DNA of 64,000 nucleotides from a bacterium (GCA_965205865.1 CBDBHR010000028.1:32001-96000); one strand, 5' to 3'; shown: positions 29,911-40,775, counted from the stretch's first letter. A program made the numbers and translations. The notes: generated by a model not told the origin, from the letters alone.

Positions 29911-31606
29911 CCTAAATCCTGCAATTGAATATTTTGATTGAGTTTCCCCCCACTCTTTGAGAGGTTTTTTTAAAAAAAAGGATTTGAGAGTTGAATTTCC
30001 ATCAGTCCTTGCTCATAAAGGTTTTTCCGCCCTCCATTAGATCGTCATATTTTGTGATGATCTGATACCCGCTTTCGCGGGCACAAGATTCAAGACGTAC
30101 TTCTCCCTGGATTTGGGAATCTACATCTCAGCAAAATGTATCCACTGGAGTGAAACAAAGGATCCAGGTCTCTCCAACAGCGACCCATGCATCCCATTGA
30201 GCATTGTAAAGTGTTCTTTCCGGAACTCTCAGTTTTTGTTGACGAGCGCCACTCGTCCATTTTCCTGCCATTCGGACAAGATAGGTGCGCATGGTGGCCG
30301 GTTCCCAACGGCGCAGTATTGCGTTACCACTACAAAGGGCCATCCAGCGCAGCGTGTTGTAAGCGAGTATCGCGCATTGGAACAAGGCACTGTTGGCCCA
30401 AAAATCGTCGGTTTTAATCTGAGCCAGCGCAGTTTGATTTTTTGCTTCCTCAATCCATGTCTCAGCGACCGCCCTTTGGCCATACTCTTTGTGAGCCTGC
30501 CAGGGAGTGAGCGCGTCAGTGAGAACATAACAAAAATAATCGTACTCCTTCATCTCAAAGAGGGTGGCCATCCCTTTGAGTTCCTCCTCTTTCTCCCTGC
30601 GTACGGCCATGAATTTTCTTGACCTCCTCCAAGTTTCACATTGGTGGGAAAACTCACACCCTTCCCAAGCGGGCTGCCCCTTCACTTTTTGCCATTTTTG
30701 GGTTTCCAACAACGAGACAAGCCCCTTGAGTTTGACCTTGATCAGATAGCCATGGCCTCGTTCTTCGAGGAAATCCAGCAAATCCCCCACAAAAAAACCA
30801 CTGTCTCCACGAAACAGAGTGCGAGTCCGATTTGGAAGGTGAGCGAGAAGTTGCCGCATGAATTCAACGACTCCATTGCTGGTATAGGCACTCCCATCAC
30901 GAAGCCAACCCTGAAGAATCTCCTTTGTCTCTGCGCAAAATGCCAGCAGAGGATGATACGAAGCTGCACCGCGTTTGTGGGGATTATATCCGACAGACAC
31001 TCCTTGCTGCTTGCCGTAGGCCGTTTTCACAGTGGAGTCCACGTCAATCACAAGACAGTGTAACACCCCAACGATGCTTGTCCCACTTCGAAGCGCCTTA
31101 CGCCAGATACCGGCTCGAATCCGATGGTTCAAGCTCTCCATCTCATTGATGTTTTTCTGTGTGAAAGTACGCAGTATCCGGCCGAATGTGGTTTCATCCG
31201 GAATCCTCAGCCAACCGGCCACACGACTCAAAACACGGTCGTTCCAAACTGTCACAATCGAACGAATCGAACGGGCGCCACCAACAATGCCGACCACCGA
31301 CAAAATGACCATGTCCACCGCGTCATAAAGACCCGTGGCGCCACGCCGATGATCTACGGTCTGCTCTGTCTTTGAAACAATCCCTTCTTTGTGAAAAAAT
31401 TTGACAACCGGAATCAAGCCTGCTTGCGCGGTCAGGTCTCTGCCTCCCTGGCTGATATGGATGTTTTTTGCTGTCGTTCTTGCCGATCTTGCGCTACCTT
31501 TGTTTTTCATGGTAATGGTGATCTCTTAAAATGTTGATTCTGGTGTTAACTATTTGAGTATATTACCATTTCCATGTTTGATTGTCATCTAATTGCAGGA
31601 TTTAGG
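29911..31606 (-). mobile_element. IS1380-family element, complete
   Basis: 16-bp TIR CCTAAATCCTGCAATT/AATTGCAGGATTTAGG, 5-bp TSD TATCA on both sides. Confidence 0.93.
30128..31510 (-). CDS. IS1380-family transposase
   Basis: LTAQAGL, IDVDST, GYNPHK, RGDSGF, RAVAETWIEEAK. Confidence 0.93.
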   Translation of the reverse strand: MKNKGSARSARTTAKNIHISQGGRDLTAQAGLIPVVKFFHKEGIVSKTEQTVDHRRGATGLYDAVDMVILSVVGIVGGARSIRSIVTVWNDRVLSRVAGWLRIPDETTFGRILRTFTQKNINEMESLNHRIRAGIWRKALRSGTSIVGVLHCLVIDVDSTVKTAYGKQQGVSVGYNPHKRGAASYHPLLAFCAETKEILQGWLRDGSAYTSNGVVEFMRQLLAHLPNRTRTLFRGDSGFFVGDLLDFLEERGHGYLIKVKLKGLVSLLETQKWQKVKGQPAWEGCEFSHQCETWRRSRKFMAVRREKEEELKGMATLFEMKEYDYFCYVLTDALTPWQAHKEYGQRAVAETWIEEAKNQTALAQIKTDDFWANSALFQCAILAYNTLRWMALCSGNAILRRWEPATMRTYLVRMAGKWTSGARQQKLRVPERTLYNAQWDAWVAVGETWILCFTPVDTFC

Positions 31607-32010
31607 TATCATTAAAAAAGATTCCCGGGGAGGATCAATCGTTTTCAATTCCTCTCACGATATTGTTCAATCGATCGGGAACCTTCTCTGTCACTAAAAC
31701 AACTTAACGAAGGCATGATTCTAGCACTATAATGTAATGTCAACCCCCCAAGGCAAAATAAATGCGGGATTCGCAAAAAAAACAAAAAATCAATAAATCT
31801 GCTCAAATCCGGGGACAGTCAGAAGCCGTTCAGTTCAATAACGTTGAAAAAAGATTCCCGGCAAGGATCAATCGTTTTCACATCCTCCCGGGGTATTGTT
31901 CAATCGATCGAGCGGGAACCCTCCCACAGCTAATTTTGAATCAAACGAGCGGAAGTCCTCTCCTTCCCTAAAACAACAAGGCATGATTTCAGCACTACTA
32001 CGCGGCGCAA
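31607..32010 (-). repeat. Two diverged copies of a non-coding module (31607-31745, 31826-32010)
   Basis: Shared AAAAAAGATTCCCGG..AGGATCAATCGTTTTCA...TATTGTTCAATCGATCG...GGCATGATT..AGCACTA. Confidence 0.75.
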
Positions 32011-32059
32011 AGCCTATAGCAAGTTTGGATCAGGAGAATTGCGCAACAAAGGAGGTCAG

Positions 32060-32911
32060 CTATGAAAAAATATTTAGCGGTCCATCTTCGGCATGAGCCA
32101 AAAAGCGAATGTTCGCTCCACAATCCAGCGTTTTTTCCAACGGTGATGAGATTTTCTGTTTCAATTTGACCATGCGGATATCTCTCTCGGCTTGGTTGTT
32201 GTCAAAAGGAACTTGAAAGTCATGCATGAATAACAAGCTTTCCTTTTCATAGAGGATCAAACGATCGAGTAAATTTTTTGCTTTCGTCTGTTTGGGGCGT
32301 CCTCGTTTCTTTTTTTGAGGTTTTGCAGGATAGAGCTCGAGTGCTTCTTGGCTGATGTCGACGTTTAAGCGTGGCCTCAACCGTCACCTTGGATAAATCT
32401 TCTCCACAGGCTTCACAGGTGTTGACAATTCCACATGATCTGGCGATTCACTGAAAGCCAAATGATGGCCTTGATGACCGGGTTGACCTCCCACGATATA
32501 GTTTAATCGATCGTGTGGGAACCCTCCGCGAGAGCGATCCCTGCATTTACGTAAGCTCCTGCTCTTGCGACTTGCATCGCTGGAAGGAGGCTTACTCGAG
32601 TTTTGGCTGTTGAGAGCCAACTGATCCCGGAGTTGCTTATTTTCTGCTTCGAGAGCTTCAATACGCTTATTTTCTGTCTCGAGAACTTCAATACGTTTGA
32701 GGACTTCTAAGCGCTCTTGCTTCCATTGCTCACGTTCTTTTTCAGAGAGTAGACAGGCTTCTTGAACTTGAAGAGCCTCGAGCTGGCGAGTCGATGAAAT
32801 AGAATCAATATATTTTTGAACTTTCGAGAGCATAAAATCCTTTCTGTATTTTATGCTACGCAAAATCCGTGCTTAAATCGATGGGCCTTCTGAAGATATC
32901 TGAATAGTTAC
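32060..32911 (-). mobile_element. IS66-family remnant (broken transposase and GTAACTATTCAG end)
   Basis: [42 protein letters not shown]. Confidence 0.8.
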
Positions 32912-32914
32912 CTT

Positions 32915-33046
32915 TGAAGATCGTTATCGCGACTGACGTCCCGTTCCCCAATTCTGATTGATCCCTGGTTGGGCGTATCAATGCCACTGATCAGGTTTAA
33001 AATCGTACTCTTTCCCGAGCCGCTTTTCTCCAGGATAACAAAAAAA
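32915..33046 (-). pseudogene. ABC ATPase fragment
   Basis: [27 protein letters not shown]. Confidence 0.6.
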
Positions 33047-33129
33047 GGGGGCTCAGGCCTTTGATTAAATGAAAAGGGGGCAAAAAAACTGGACTCATTC
33101 CTAATCAAATAATCAAAGGCCTGACCCCC
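33047..33129. repeat. REP-like palindrome (family B), intron-free copy
   Basis: TCAGGCCTTTGATTA...TAATCAAAGGCCTGA; identical to 27355-27424. Confidence 0.9.
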
Positions 33130-33302
33130 TCTTCTTCGCCCTGGTAAATCGATTGGACGAGGCGAATTGCGTCCGTTAAACGAACTGGAAGTCAAATATG
33201 GGGATGCTTAGCGTAGGTTTTCGTTCCTTTGGGCTTCAAACCCCGTGTTCGCATGATAATAAAGAACTTGTTCAGACTTCCATTTTGTGGCAATGTTGAT
33301 AT

Positions 33303-33584
33303 ATGGAATTTGAATGGGATCCAGAAAAGGATCGTCAGAATTTTCGAAAACACGGAGTTTCATTTGCCGAGGCAGCAACTGTATTTGCCGATTCGTTATC
33401 CTTGTCATTTTATGACCCGGATCACTCGATTGAAGAAGATCGTTACTTGATAATAGGCATGTCAGCAAGGGGGCGTTTGGTTATTGTCTCCCATACTGAG
33501 CATAACGACAAAGTACGAATAATTAATGCTCGTACACCGATAAAATCAGAAAGAATAAGTTATGAAGAAGGTGACAAATTCTAA
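33303..33584 (+). CDS. BrnT-family toxin
   Basis: MEFEWDPEK...N.RKHGVSF.EA, EDRY..IG, RIINAR. Confidence 0.9.
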   Translation: MEFEWDPEKDRQNFRKHGVSFAEAATVFADSLSLSFYDPDHSIEEDRYLIIGMSARGRLVIVSHTEHNDKVRIINARTPIKSERISYEEGDKF

Positions 33585-33771
33585 CGCAAGCGATGAAATG
33601 CGTCTGGAATACGACCTGTCCGAGCTCAAATTTGTTGGGCGCGGTATCTATGCGGATCGCTTTCGCCAAGGGCACAATCTTGTGTTTTTAGAGCCAGACG
33701 TTGCTAAAGTATTCCCGGACACCAAGTCCGTAAATGAAGCACTTCGCTCCCTGATACAAGGTACTGTTTAA
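33562..33771 (+). CDS. BrnA-like antitoxin
   Basis: EMR.EYD, LEPDVA..FPD..SVNEALR; overlaps the toxin. Confidence 0.8.
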   Translation: MKKVTNSNASDEMRLEYDLSELKFVGRGIYADRFRQGHNLVFLEPDVAKVFPDTKSVNEALRSLIQGTV

Positions 33772-34138
33772 TTCTTGGTAGCCGTATCTATTGTCCCATC
33801 GACATGCGAACAAGGAGAAAAGGGGACAAATTTATTTTCTGTTTTTGGGTCGTCCTTATCCACGCCATTTCACTCTCAATCCTATTTTTTTCCCAACTTG
33901 ATCGACAAACCGTTCGCTCCCAGTCAACTGCTCTCGCTGAAGAGCCTGACGGATACTCCTATTCTTGAAGATTTTTGTCGAACTCAGGTTATAAATAAGT
34001 CATCTATTTGGTCTTTTGCCTGAACCCAATCTTTTTGTTGATGAAGAATGGAGCTCCTAAACCCCGGGGATCGCTTTGTCTGCAATCCGGATTTTTCAAA
34101 CCAGAACAGAAGAAAAGCGGCTAAAAATTCAAGAAAAG

Positions 34139-35257
34139 TCAGCTTTTCCAGAAATCGGTGATCAATCGGTTGACCTCCGATGCGCTTTCCATCTGGATCA
34201 TGTGCCCCCCGTCTTCGAGGATATGGACATTTACAGAACCTGGGAGGTTTTGGGCATGGTCTGCCGGCAGGATGAGATCCTTTGCACCCCAAATCACCAA
34301 GGCGGAAATGTCCTTCTCTTCCAGAATAAATCGTAAATTAACAGCCTGGTTTGCTCCGTCGATGAAACGGTCCAGCAGTGTTTCCAGACAGGATTGCGTT
34401 CCGTCGATACGTTTGTACTTGAGGAGATCTTCGACCAACGGGCGGGTCACGAGTGAAGGATCCTTGAAGAGTTGCTGAACGTGTGGTTTGAGCTCCCGTC
34501 GACTCTTGCTGTAAGTGAATCCTTGCAAATATTCCGCGTTGATTTCCGTACCCAGTCCGGCGCTGCCGATCAGTGTGAGGGAGCGAACCAGTTCCGGGTA
34601 CGATTGCGCCAGTTGCAAGGCGATAGCCCCTCCCATGGAATGACCGACCCAATCCGCCTCACCAACATCGAGTTCCTGCATCAATTGTTGAAGAGTTTCC
34701 GCCATGAAAGTAAGACTGCCGTCTCCCACGTTTTTTGTGGAACTCCCGTGTCCTGGCAGGTCGACGGCAATAACCGTGTGATTTGCGGTCAGAGCGAGAT
34801 GATTGAAAAGCCAGTTGTTGAGATCCCCTCCGAATCCGTGCAGGAGGACTGCGATTTTCTCAGCAGATCCCTGGCGTAGGAAGTTGATTGTCAATTCCCC
34901 GACCCGTGCAGTTTCCGACTCGGGTCCACTGTCTTCCTCTTCTGTTTCTTCGGGGACGAAACTTTCCTGAAATTCTTGGATATAGGAGTCGATATCCCCG
35001 TCGGAAACATCTTCTTCAGCAATCACTCCCAGCAATGCTCCCACCGGAAGGACCTCTCCCGGAACTGCCACAGTACGTCGCAGCGTCCCCCAATCGGCTA
35101 CTTCCACGGCGCTTGTGATTTTGTCGGTTTCTACCTCCACTACCTCCATGCCGGCATCCACCGTGTCACCTTCTTCGATAAGCCAATCACCTACCTGTCC
35201 TTCTTTCATGGAAAGGCCCCACTTCGGCATTGTGATCGGTTTAATTTTAATTTCCAT
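34139..35257 (-). CDS. acoC: Acetoin dehydrogenase E2 (lipoyl + alpha/beta hydrolase type)
   Basis: MPKWGLSM, ETDKI lipoyl motif, HGFGGD, GHSMGG. Confidence 0.92.
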   Translation of the reverse strand: MEIKIKPITMPKWGLSMKEGQVGDWLIEEGDTVDAGMEVVEVETDKITSAVEVADWGTLRRTVAVPGEVLPVGALLGVIAEEDVSDGDIDSYIQEFQESFVPEETEEEDSGPESETARVGELTINFLRQGSAEKIAVLLHGFGGDLNNWLFNHLALTANHTVIAVDLPGHGSSTKNVGDGSLTFMAETLQQLMQELDVGEADWVGHSMGGAIALQLAQSYPELVRSLTLIGSAGLGTEINAEYLQGFTYSKSRRELKPHVQQLFKDPSLVTRPLVEDLLKYKRIDGTQSCLETLLDRFIDGANQAVNLRFILEEKDISALVIWGAKDLILPADHAQNLPGSVNVHILEDGGHMIQMESASEVNRLITDFWKS

Positions 35258-35265
35258 TGAGTTTC

Positions 35266-36273
35266 CTAGTTGCTTAAGGTTTTCTGAACGGAAGCGATGA
35301 TCTTATCCGTGGAAGGGATGTAATGCTTCTCGAGATCCGGCGAAAACGGGACGGGAGTATGAGGAGCGGTTACCATCCCGATTGGCGCTTTGAGGGCTTG
35401 GAACGCGTCCCGTGCCACGGCGGCAGATACATCGGAGGCTATACTGCATCGTGGATTCGCCTCATCGACAACCACTAATCTTCCGGTATTCTCCACACTT
35501 TCAATAACGGTATCCATGTCTATGGGAGACAAAGTCCTCAGGTCTATCACCTCACATTCGATCCCCTCTTGCGCCAATTGGTTTGCCGCTTCCGTAGCTC
35601 GATGAACCATCATTCCGTAAGCAGCAATGGAGACGTCTTCTCCTTCTCGCAGAATGTTCGCCTCAGCAAACGGGATCGTATAGAGCTCTTCGGGAACGTC
35701 TCCTTGATATTCATAAATTTTCTTGTGCTCGCAATAGATGACCGGATCGTTGTCTCGAATTGCTTGAACCATCAGACCTTTAGCATCATAGGGAGACGAA
35801 GGACAAACCACTTTGATGCCGGGGATGTGAGTGAAAATGGGAGTGAGCGTTTGTGAGTGTTGCGATGCGGCAGATAAACCTGCGCCATACATGGTACGGA
35901 TAACCACCGGGGTTTCCGCTTTTCCGCCAAACATATAGCGAAATTTTGCCGCTTGATTGTAGATTTGGTCGAAGCACACCCCCAGGAAATCAATGAACAT
36001 TAGTTCAGCAACCGGGCGCATCCCACAGGTGGCTGCTCCAATAGCTGCTCCAATGAATGCCGACTCGGAAAGAGGAGTGTCCAACAAACGGTTTCCGTAC
36101 TTGCGATAGAGCCCCTTGTAGACTCCCATAGCGCCTCCCCAAGCATCATCTTCCCCAGGACTGCCGGTTCCGCCCACGATGTCTTCCCCCATCAAAATCA
36201 CGGAGGAATCTCGGGCCATTTCTTGGTCAAAGGCTTCGGTGATTGCTGCTTTAATTGTTAGTTGACGTGCCAT
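35266..36273 (-). CDS. acoB: Acetoin dehydrogenase E1 beta
   Basis: DDAWGG, DTPLSESA, NQAAKFRYMFGGKAETP. Confidence 0.95.
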   Translation of the reverse strand: MARQLTIKAAITEAFDQEMARDSSVILMGEDIVGGTGSPGEDDAWGGAMGVYKGLYRKYGNRLLDTPLSESAFIGAAIGAATCGMRPVAELMFIDFLGVCFDQIYNQAAKFRYMFGGKAETPVVIRTMYGAGLSAASQHSQTLTPIFTHIPGIKVVCPSSPYDAKGLMVQAIRDNDPVIYCEHKKIYEYQGDVPEELYTIPFAEANILREGEDVSIAAYGMMVHRATEAANQLAQEGIECEVIDLRTLSPIDMDTVIESVENTGRLVVVDEANPRCSIASDVSAAVARDAFQALKAPIGMVTAPHTPVPFSPDLEKHYIPSTDKIIASVQKTLSN

Positions 36274-36286
36274 ATTTTCCTCGCTT

Positions 36287-37270
36287 TCAATAATTTATGT
36301 AAACATCGGTGAGTAAATCCGCTTCCATAGGACTGGGAGCGACTAGGGCCTCTGCAAACGCCTCATCGATCAGGGTTGAGACCTCTTGATCAATTTCTTC
36401 CAAGTCGTCTTGTGTCAAGACACTGGACTGCGTCACTTGCTGAGAGAATTTTTTCAAACAATCTCGATTGGCTCGGATTTCGTCCACTTCTCCTTTTCCC
36501 CGATAAGTTTGGGCGTCTCCTTCAAAATGCCCATAGAAGCGGATCATGTTGCATTCCAGCAGACTGGGACCTCCTCCCTCTCGGGCGCGATTGATGATCT
36601 CTCCGGCAGCTTCGTAAACTGCGAAAAAATCGGTTCCGTCTACTGTGACGCCCGGCATGCCGAATCCTAAAGCACGGTCTACGTAACTATCGACCGCCAC
36701 TGCATAATCCCGGGAAGTAGACTGGGCATAACCATTGTTTTCTACCACAAAGATGGCCGGAATATCCCAGACTGCAGCCAGGTTCAGGCTTTCCAGAAAA
36801 TTTCCTGCATTGGAAGCGCCGTCCCCAATGAAACTGACGGCAACGCTTCCATCATTCTTGTACTTGGACGCCAAAGCAGCGCCGCACGCCAAGGGGGCCC
36901 CTGCGCCAAGGATGCCATTGGCTCCCATCATTCCCTTGTCCAAATCGGCAATGTGCATGGAGCCTCCTTTGCCATGACAAGTGCCACTGGACTTGCCATA
37001 GAGTTCTGCCACCATACCTTTTACATCGACACCTTTGGCAATACAGTGACCATGCCCCCGGTGAGTGCTTGAAATATGGTCGTCATTGTGGAGGTGCAAC
37101 ATGATTCCCGTCCCGGCTGCCTCTTCGCCGGCATAGAGATGCACAAATCCGGGAAGGACGCCTTTGGCAAACTCCACATGTACGCGTTCTTCAAATTCCC
37201 GAATTGTTTTCATGGTCCGGTATGCCCGGAGTAGCTCGTCCTGACTGATGGGAAAAAGATTTTCTGTCAT
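36287..37270 (-). CDS. acoA: Acetoin dehydrogenase E1 alpha
   Basis: PGFVHLYAGEEA, STHRGHGH, GDGASN, GHFEGDAQTYR. Confidence 0.95.
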   Translation of the reverse strand: MTENLFPISQDELLRAYRTMKTIREFEERVHVEFAKGVLPGFVHLYAGEEAAGTGIMLHLHNDDHISSTHRGHGHCIAKGVDVKGMVAELYGKSSGTCHGKGGSMHIADLDKGMMGANGILGAGAPLACGAALASKYKNDGSVAVSFIGDGASNAGNFLESLNLAAVWDIPAIFVVENNGYAQSTSRDYAVAVDSYVDRALGFGMPGVTVDGTDFFAVYEAAGEIINRAREGGGPSLLECNMIRFYGHFEGDAQTYRGKGEVDEIRANRDCLKKFSQQVTQSSVLTQDDLEEIDQEVSTLIDEAFAEALVAPSPMEADLLTDVYINY

Positions 37271-37302
37271 TGGTCCTCCTTTCGTTTTTTTAAGGTTGAC
37301 AA

Positions 37303-37475
37303 CTAAACACGAATCCGTTGCTCGGTTGTCGAATCAAACAAAAAAAATTTATTTAAGTTAATACGGACGTTCACATTTTTATTGATTTCACCAACGAAAT
37401 CCTTGTCCGCACGTATCGAAAAAATATTATCATCATCCAAATCACTGTCAAATTTTTTTTGCTTCCTGATTTTAT
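37303..37475 (-). pseudogene. Probable C-terminal (TOBE-like) remnant of a sugar ABC ATPase
   Basis: ..VNVRINLNKFFLFDSTTEQRI* typical MalK-like ending; no N-terminus. Confidence 0.5.
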
Positions 37476-38318
37476 TCACCGATCTGCGCCAAAGGTGAGA
37501 CCTTTGAGCAAATGCTTTTGGGCAAAACCCACGAAAGCAAGCGCAGGAATTATGAGCGTGACAGCGGCAGCCGTGATTTTTCCGTATTGCACTTCGTGAT
37601 AAAGAAGAAAATCCGTTATTTCCGCAGGTGCCGTTTGCGTTTTTGCCCCCGTCAGCGTCGTTGCAAACATCAGTTCGTTCCATGAAAATAAAAAGCCAAT
37701 GATACCCACGGCAATGACTCCGTTGGTGACTAAAGGTAAAGTAATGCGAAAAAATGCTCCAAACGAAGTACATCCGTCTATATGGGCCGCTTCCTCGAGT
37801 TCCGGAGGAATATGCTTGAAAAATCCAATCAGCAACCAGGTGATGATTGGCAAATTCATTCCCAGGTGAGCAATGATTAAGGCAGGGTAGGTATCTATTG
37901 CGCCTAAATTGCGAAACATCATATAAAATGGGATGAGCATGCCAACTGGTGGTGCCATACGGGTGATTAGAATCCATATCCCCAGGGATCGCTGAAAGCG
38001 AAACCTGAATCGCGCCAATCCATAGGCTGCAGGAATGCCCACCACCAAGCATAAAGCAGTTGAGACAATTCCTATTAAAATACTGTTCCCCAACGATCCA
38101 ATATGTCCTTCGCTCTTGAATACCTCTACGTAATTTTCAAAGGTGGGTATGAAGATAAACTTGGGCGGGATAGTTAACGAGTCGGGTGTCGTCTTAAGAG
38201 ACGAAAGAATCAGCCAAATAATCGGCAGCATAAGAAAGGCAATAAAAATAAAGAGTAGACCCTCTAAAATATAGTCGATTGCTACGTCTTTTCTAAGGAC
38301 GTTCATCGATACCTCCAA
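37476..38318 (-). CDS. Carbohydrate ABC permease (MalG-like)
   Basis: ELEEAAHIDGC, SWNELMFA, LLKGLTFGA. Confidence 0.92.
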   Translation of the reverse strand: MEVSMNVLRKDVAIDYILEGLLFIFIAFLMLPIIWLILSSLKTTPDSLTIPPKFIFIPTFENYVEVFKSEGHIGSLGNSILIGIVSTALCLVVGIPAAYGLARFRFRFQRSLGIWILITRMAPPVGMLIPFYMMFRNLGAIDTYPALIIAHLGMNLPIITWLLIGFFKHIPPELEEAAHIDGCTSFGAFFRITLPLVTNGVIAVGIIGFLFSWNELMFATTLTGAKTQTAPAEITDFLLYHEVQYGKITAAAVTLIIPALAFVGFAQKHLLKGLTFGADR

Positions 38319-39243
38319 CCTTGATAAAGGTTATTGAGAGCAATATGATCATCAATAGCAGAGTTATACTCAAAGCGGAAGCATAGCCCACATCAAGATA
38401 ACGAAATGCGGTCTGATAAATATAAAAATTAAATGTTTCCGTATGCCGCAACGGCCCCCCTTGTGTCATGGCATAAACGATATCAAACAATTTGAAGGAA
38501 TCGATCACTCGAATCAGCAGGGCGATCAGAATGATTGGTTTGAGCAAGGGGATCGTAATAAACCAAAAGGATTGCCATGCGGAGGCGCCATCTATCTTTG
38601 CCGCATCGAATGGTTCTTGTGGTAAAGACATCAAGCCAGATAAAAAAATCAGCGCCATAAAGGGGATCCACTGCCAGACATCAACGATGATGAGAGAAGG
38701 CATGGCCCAATAAATGTCTGCAGTCCATTCCGGCCCTTCTATCCCGATCAAGGAAAGGAGGTAATTCATAATTCCCATGTCGGGCGTATAGATCACGCGC
38801 CACATGTAAGCCACAGCGATGGGCGTCATGATAATGGGTAGCATCATCAGCGTACGATAAACACCGCGACCTCCCGTATTTTTTCGATTCAAAAGCAAAG
38901 CGAGGATCATACCAAGTAGTAACTCCAAACTGACGGCCCCTACAGAAAAATAGAGCGTATTCCATACCGAGTTCCAAAAAAATTCGTCTCCAAGAATGAT
39001 TTTTACATAATTGGCTATTCCAATAAATTTGGTACCAAAAGGATCCATCAGACTGAATTTATAGAAACTTCTGTAAAGATTATAGACTAAGGGAAAAAGC
39101 GAAATTAAAACCAGCAGGATGGTGATGGGCGCAATATAGTAATAGGGTAGAAGTTGCTTGTGCAATCGGTAATTTGAAAATCGCAAATCAGATTCTGCTG
39201 CAGTCGATTGTCGCGATGGCTTGAAACGGAGGGTCTTAATCAT
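38293..39243 (-). CDS. Carbohydrate ABC permease (MalF-like)
   Basis: DVWQWIPF, DAAKIDGA, TQGGP. Confidence 0.92.
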   Translation of the reverse strand: MIKTLRFKPSRQSTAAESDLRFSNYRLHKQLLPYYYIAPITILLVLISLFPLVYNLYRSFYKFSLMDPFGTKFIGIANYVKIILGDEFFWNSVWNTLYFSVGAVSLELLLGMILALLLNRKNTGGRGVYRTLMMLPIIMTPIAVAYMWRVIYTPDMGIMNYLLSLIGIEGPEWTADIYWAMPSLIIVDVWQWIPFMALIFLSGLMSLPQEPFDAAKIDGASAWQSFWFITIPLLKPIILIALLIRVIDSFKLFDIVYAMTQGGPLRHTETFNFYIYQTAFRYLDVGYASALSITLLLMIILLSITFIKVGGIDERP

Positions 39244-39347
39244 AAAACTTCGCGGGTTCGGCCGATTGGGACTTTAACATGTGATCTTTCATCTGAGAAT
39301 GAAAGGAAGCAAAGTCAATGAATGCCTGGTTCCCTTCAAATTGAGCA

Positions 39348-39381
39348 AAGGTGGGAAGCCATTGGAAAAACTTCCCACCTT
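39348..39381 (-). terminator. Intergenic hairpin after SBP (terminator/stabiliser)
   Basis: AAGGTGGGAAG/CTTCCCACCTT perfect stem. Confidence 0.55.
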
Positions 39382-39413
39382 AGTTTAGACTGGTTTATCC
39401 GGGCAGCCTTCAA

Positions 39414-40775
39414 TTATTTATCAAGAGCCTCCAAAGTTTGCTCTTGAGCCCGCATCATCGCTTCCTCAGCAGTATACTTTCCAGCAAAAACTTCCTGTAG
39501 GGCGACCATGACAATGTCTCCCACCGGGCCAATTTCAGGGACTTTGGGGTAGGAGTTGGTGGCCGAGTATTTTTCAAGCCCCACGGCATTCGTCTCGATA
39601 TAATCCGCAGGCCACATCTCGGCAAGAGCCGGGTCCGCCCAACTAGACGTTCGGGCGATCCAACCGGACGGTCCAGTCTTCTTGCTCATCTCTTTGGAGG
39701 TGGCCCAGAGACATAAAAGCCATGCGGCTTCCTTTTTCTTGGACCCCGAGGCGATTCCCCAAGACCAGGAGGTGATGCCGCTGACCGCCCGATTTCCATT
39801 CGGCGCTGCCGGCATAAGGGCATATCCCACTTTTCCAGCAACTTTCGATTTTTCAGGATCTTCGAAAATCCCGATGAAGGCATTGGCATCGATAAAAATA
39901 GCCAATTTCCCCTGGGCAAAGGCCTGATACCCTTCGAACCAACCATAGTTCATGGCACCGGTTGGGCCGGCGTCTTTCATCAACTTGACGAACATATCCG
40001 TCGCGGCGATGGCTTCGGGGGAATCGAGATGGGGCATCCCGGTCATGGGGTCCACCCACACGCCGCCATAGGTTGCGATCCACGCGCTGTAATGCCAGTC
40101 GGACTCATTGCGCTTGATACGCACCGAAACACCGCCATCCACTTCAGGAAGCGCTTTGAGCTTTTTTGCCACTTCATAAAGCTCTTCCTGAGTATCGGGA
40201 ACCATAACGCCGGCCTTTTCGAAAAGATCCTTGCGATAAAACATGGTCATTTGCTCGGTTACGATCGGCAAGGCGTACAAAACGCCCTTGTAGGTCTGCA
40301 TGAACTTGGCACCGGCAGCATAGTCGTCGATGTCGTACCATTCCTCATTGTACAATTCAGGGTTCTCCATATAGGAATTCAGTCCCTCGATCCATCCTCC
40401 CGTCGCATATTGGGCAATCCGATTGTGGAGGGCCATGAATACATCCGTATTTGGATTTCCGGACGACAGATCCAACAGCAATTTATTCAAGTACTGTTGT
40501 TCAGAACTTTCTTCGAGTTCTAATGTAATCCCGGTCAGTTCTTCGAATTCCGGGAGGAAGGGCTTGAGACTATCCATATAGGGATGGGTGGGGACAAAAA
40601 CTTTGATCGTTTCACCCTCATGCATTCTCCAATCTATATTTGCATCTTCTAAGTCTGCTTGAACCGAGGACACAAGAGACAAAAATAAAATACTTGGAAC
40701 GATAAACAAGAGAGTTTTCATCAAAATTTGATGAATCCTATTACCTGCGCCTTTATTTAATTTGATCTTTAACAT
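39414..40775 (-). CDS. Carbohydrate ABC substrate-binding protein
   Basis: FEELTGI, YRKDLF, F.QGK.A, SKVAGKVGYA..P, KEAAW. Confidence 0.9.
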   Translation of the reverse strand: MLKIKLNKGAGNRIHQILMKTLLFIVPSILFLSLVSSVQADLEDANIDWRMHEGETIKVFVPTHPYMDSLKPFLPEFEELTGITLELEESSEQQYLNKLLLDLSSGNPNTDVFMALHNRIAQYATGGWIEGLNSYMENPELYNEEWYDIDDYAAGAKFMQTYKGVLYALPIVTEQMTMFYRKDLFEKAGVMVPDTQEELYEVAKKLKALPEVDGGVSVRIKRNESDWHYSAWIATYGGVWVDPMTGMPHLDSPEAIAATDMFVKLMKDAGPTGAMNYGWFEGYQAFAQGKLAIFIDANAFIGIFEDPEKSKVAGKVGYALMPAAPNGNRAVSGITSWSWGIASGSKKKEAAWLLCLWATSKEMSKKTGPSGWIARTSSWADPALAEMWPADYIETNAVGLEKYSATNSYPKVPEIGPVGDIVMVALQEVFAGKYTAEEAMMRAQEQTLEALDK

